Position numbers and translations under genes: made by a program | The notes under the pieces: model-generated | What the model was told of the DNA's origin: nothing | Databases searched by the model: none | What the model saw: the letters and a program-made list of their open reading frames with translations, nothing else | Source: Raillietiella orientalis | Taxonomy: Eukaryota | Length of the DNA stretch: 64,000 nucleotides | Assembly (NCBI GenBank): GCA_036172245.1 | Contig: JAYWIR010000022.1 | Location: 1,178,001 to 1,242,000 of the forward strand | Direction of reading: 5' to 3' | Part shown: positions 63,000 to 64,000 of the stretch, one piece after another | Layout of the letters: each line of letters begins with the position of its first letter | Position numbering within the stretch: position 1 is the first letter of the stretch

Positions 63000-64000
63000 A
63001 ATAGGCAGGAAGAGGAAAGTTTCCTCCCGGAGCAGGGACGCGGGAACGCAGGAAACGACTGGCCTGATCGGGGGGATGCGGCGACAAACAGCCTGACCCC
63101 CCGGGACTTGGGATTCGGAGAGGCCTTCACTCGACCTCCAGGGTCAAGAAATTCGATCGGGAATTCCCGCGAGGCGGGCGTGGCTTCCCGCGAGTGGCAC
63201 GACGAGGAAGTGGAGCTTCTCCCCTTCATTCTCTTCCCTCGCCAAAGCTCTCGGTCCCCTTCCTCTGGCCCTTCGATTCCTTCTCTTTCAGCCAAGGATG
63301 AGGGGAGGGGAGAGGGAGTCCTGAGTCTGATATGGTGCGAGAAAAGGCAGCGCATCAGGAGACGGGAAGTTCTTCTCCCCTTTCTATGATAGCAAGGGGA
63401 GTGGGGGGTCGCACTTCCCGGAAGGGTCTTCGGTCCATCAGAGAAAGTCTTTCTGCGCTCTGGAAGTCGACTTGGAATCCGCAATTCAAGAGGATGAAAA
63501 TGGGCGCGCGTCGTCGGGAGCATCCCAGCATCGTCGGGTCGGTCACCGCTGCGACCCAGAGGAAAGGGACACAGGGGGGAGGGGATGCGCGCGATCGGGC
63601 GCATGGAACGGCGGTCTCTGATGCGCCCTGAATCTTTCCGTCATCGACAGCGCTGGCTCCGCCGCAGCTCTCCCTCAGTGTCCCTCCAGAAAGGGAAGGA
63701 AGAAAGGGAAGTGCGTCTGGTCCATGGAGACCCCTGGGATCGGAGCGCACCAGACCTGCTCCGAGGCGCGCATGCCTTCTCAGAGGAGACCTCGGAGACA
63801 GACTCCTCGCGCGGACTCCACGCAGGAACGGGGAGGCTCCCGTTCCCTAGGTCTTCCCTGAGGATCTTGCCGAGATGCGCGAGTCTGCTTGTGTCGTACT
63901 CGTCCTCCTCTAGCGCGGGGGCGGAAGAGGGACGAAGGGCAAAGGGAGAGAAGAGAGAGGAAAGGAGCGAAGCTCGAAGGCGCGACGTCAAGCGGTGAAC
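63000..64000 (-). mobile_element. Decayed LINE RT fragment running off the window edge
   Basis: ORF 63355..63750 has HGPDALP (cf. PGPDGxP) and VDFQSA (cf. DFxxAFD). Confidence 0.55.

Noticed and set aside
47500..64000. Many 150-260 aa ORFs as candidate genes
   Set aside because: They are overlapping, low-complexity (R/G/P/S-rich) products of GC-rich DNA. Where motifs exist they belong to frameshifted LINE relics.

Overview
Eukaryotic, most likely invertebrate-animal, genomic DNA. I found no intact protein-coding gene, rRNA, confident tRNA or CRISPR array. Almost all interpretable sequence is a graveyard of heavily decayed (frameshifted, stop-ridden) transposable elements, recognised by eye from degenerate motifs occurring in the expected order, so all boundaries are approximate. 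These comprise about 10 non-LTR LINE ORF2 relics (mostly L1/Tx1-like: APE, RT, C-terminal CCHC), about 9 Ty3/gypsy gag/pol/integrase relics, one DIRS-like RT, two hAT transposases, one pogo/Tigger DDE transposase and one piggyBac C-terminus. LTR and DNA-transposon relics dominate about 6-44.6 kb. LINE relics dominate both ends, and the last ~16 kb is visibly GC-richer. The standout anomaly is a ~0.9 kb compositionally foreign, AT/TpA-rich island at about 17.9-18.8 kb. It carries a divergent histone H2B C-terminal fragment, a short convergent ORF and a ~120-bp near-perfect hairpin, which could be a viral or mobile-element-borne histone relic (inference). Other structures are a perfect 20-bp hairpin at a tail-to-tail LINE junction, a 94-bp ~79% inverted repeat at a head-to-head LINE junction, and a 12-mer tandem array enclosed by a 12-bp inverted repeat. 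Most ORFs in the supplied track are spurious or antisense to TE relics.
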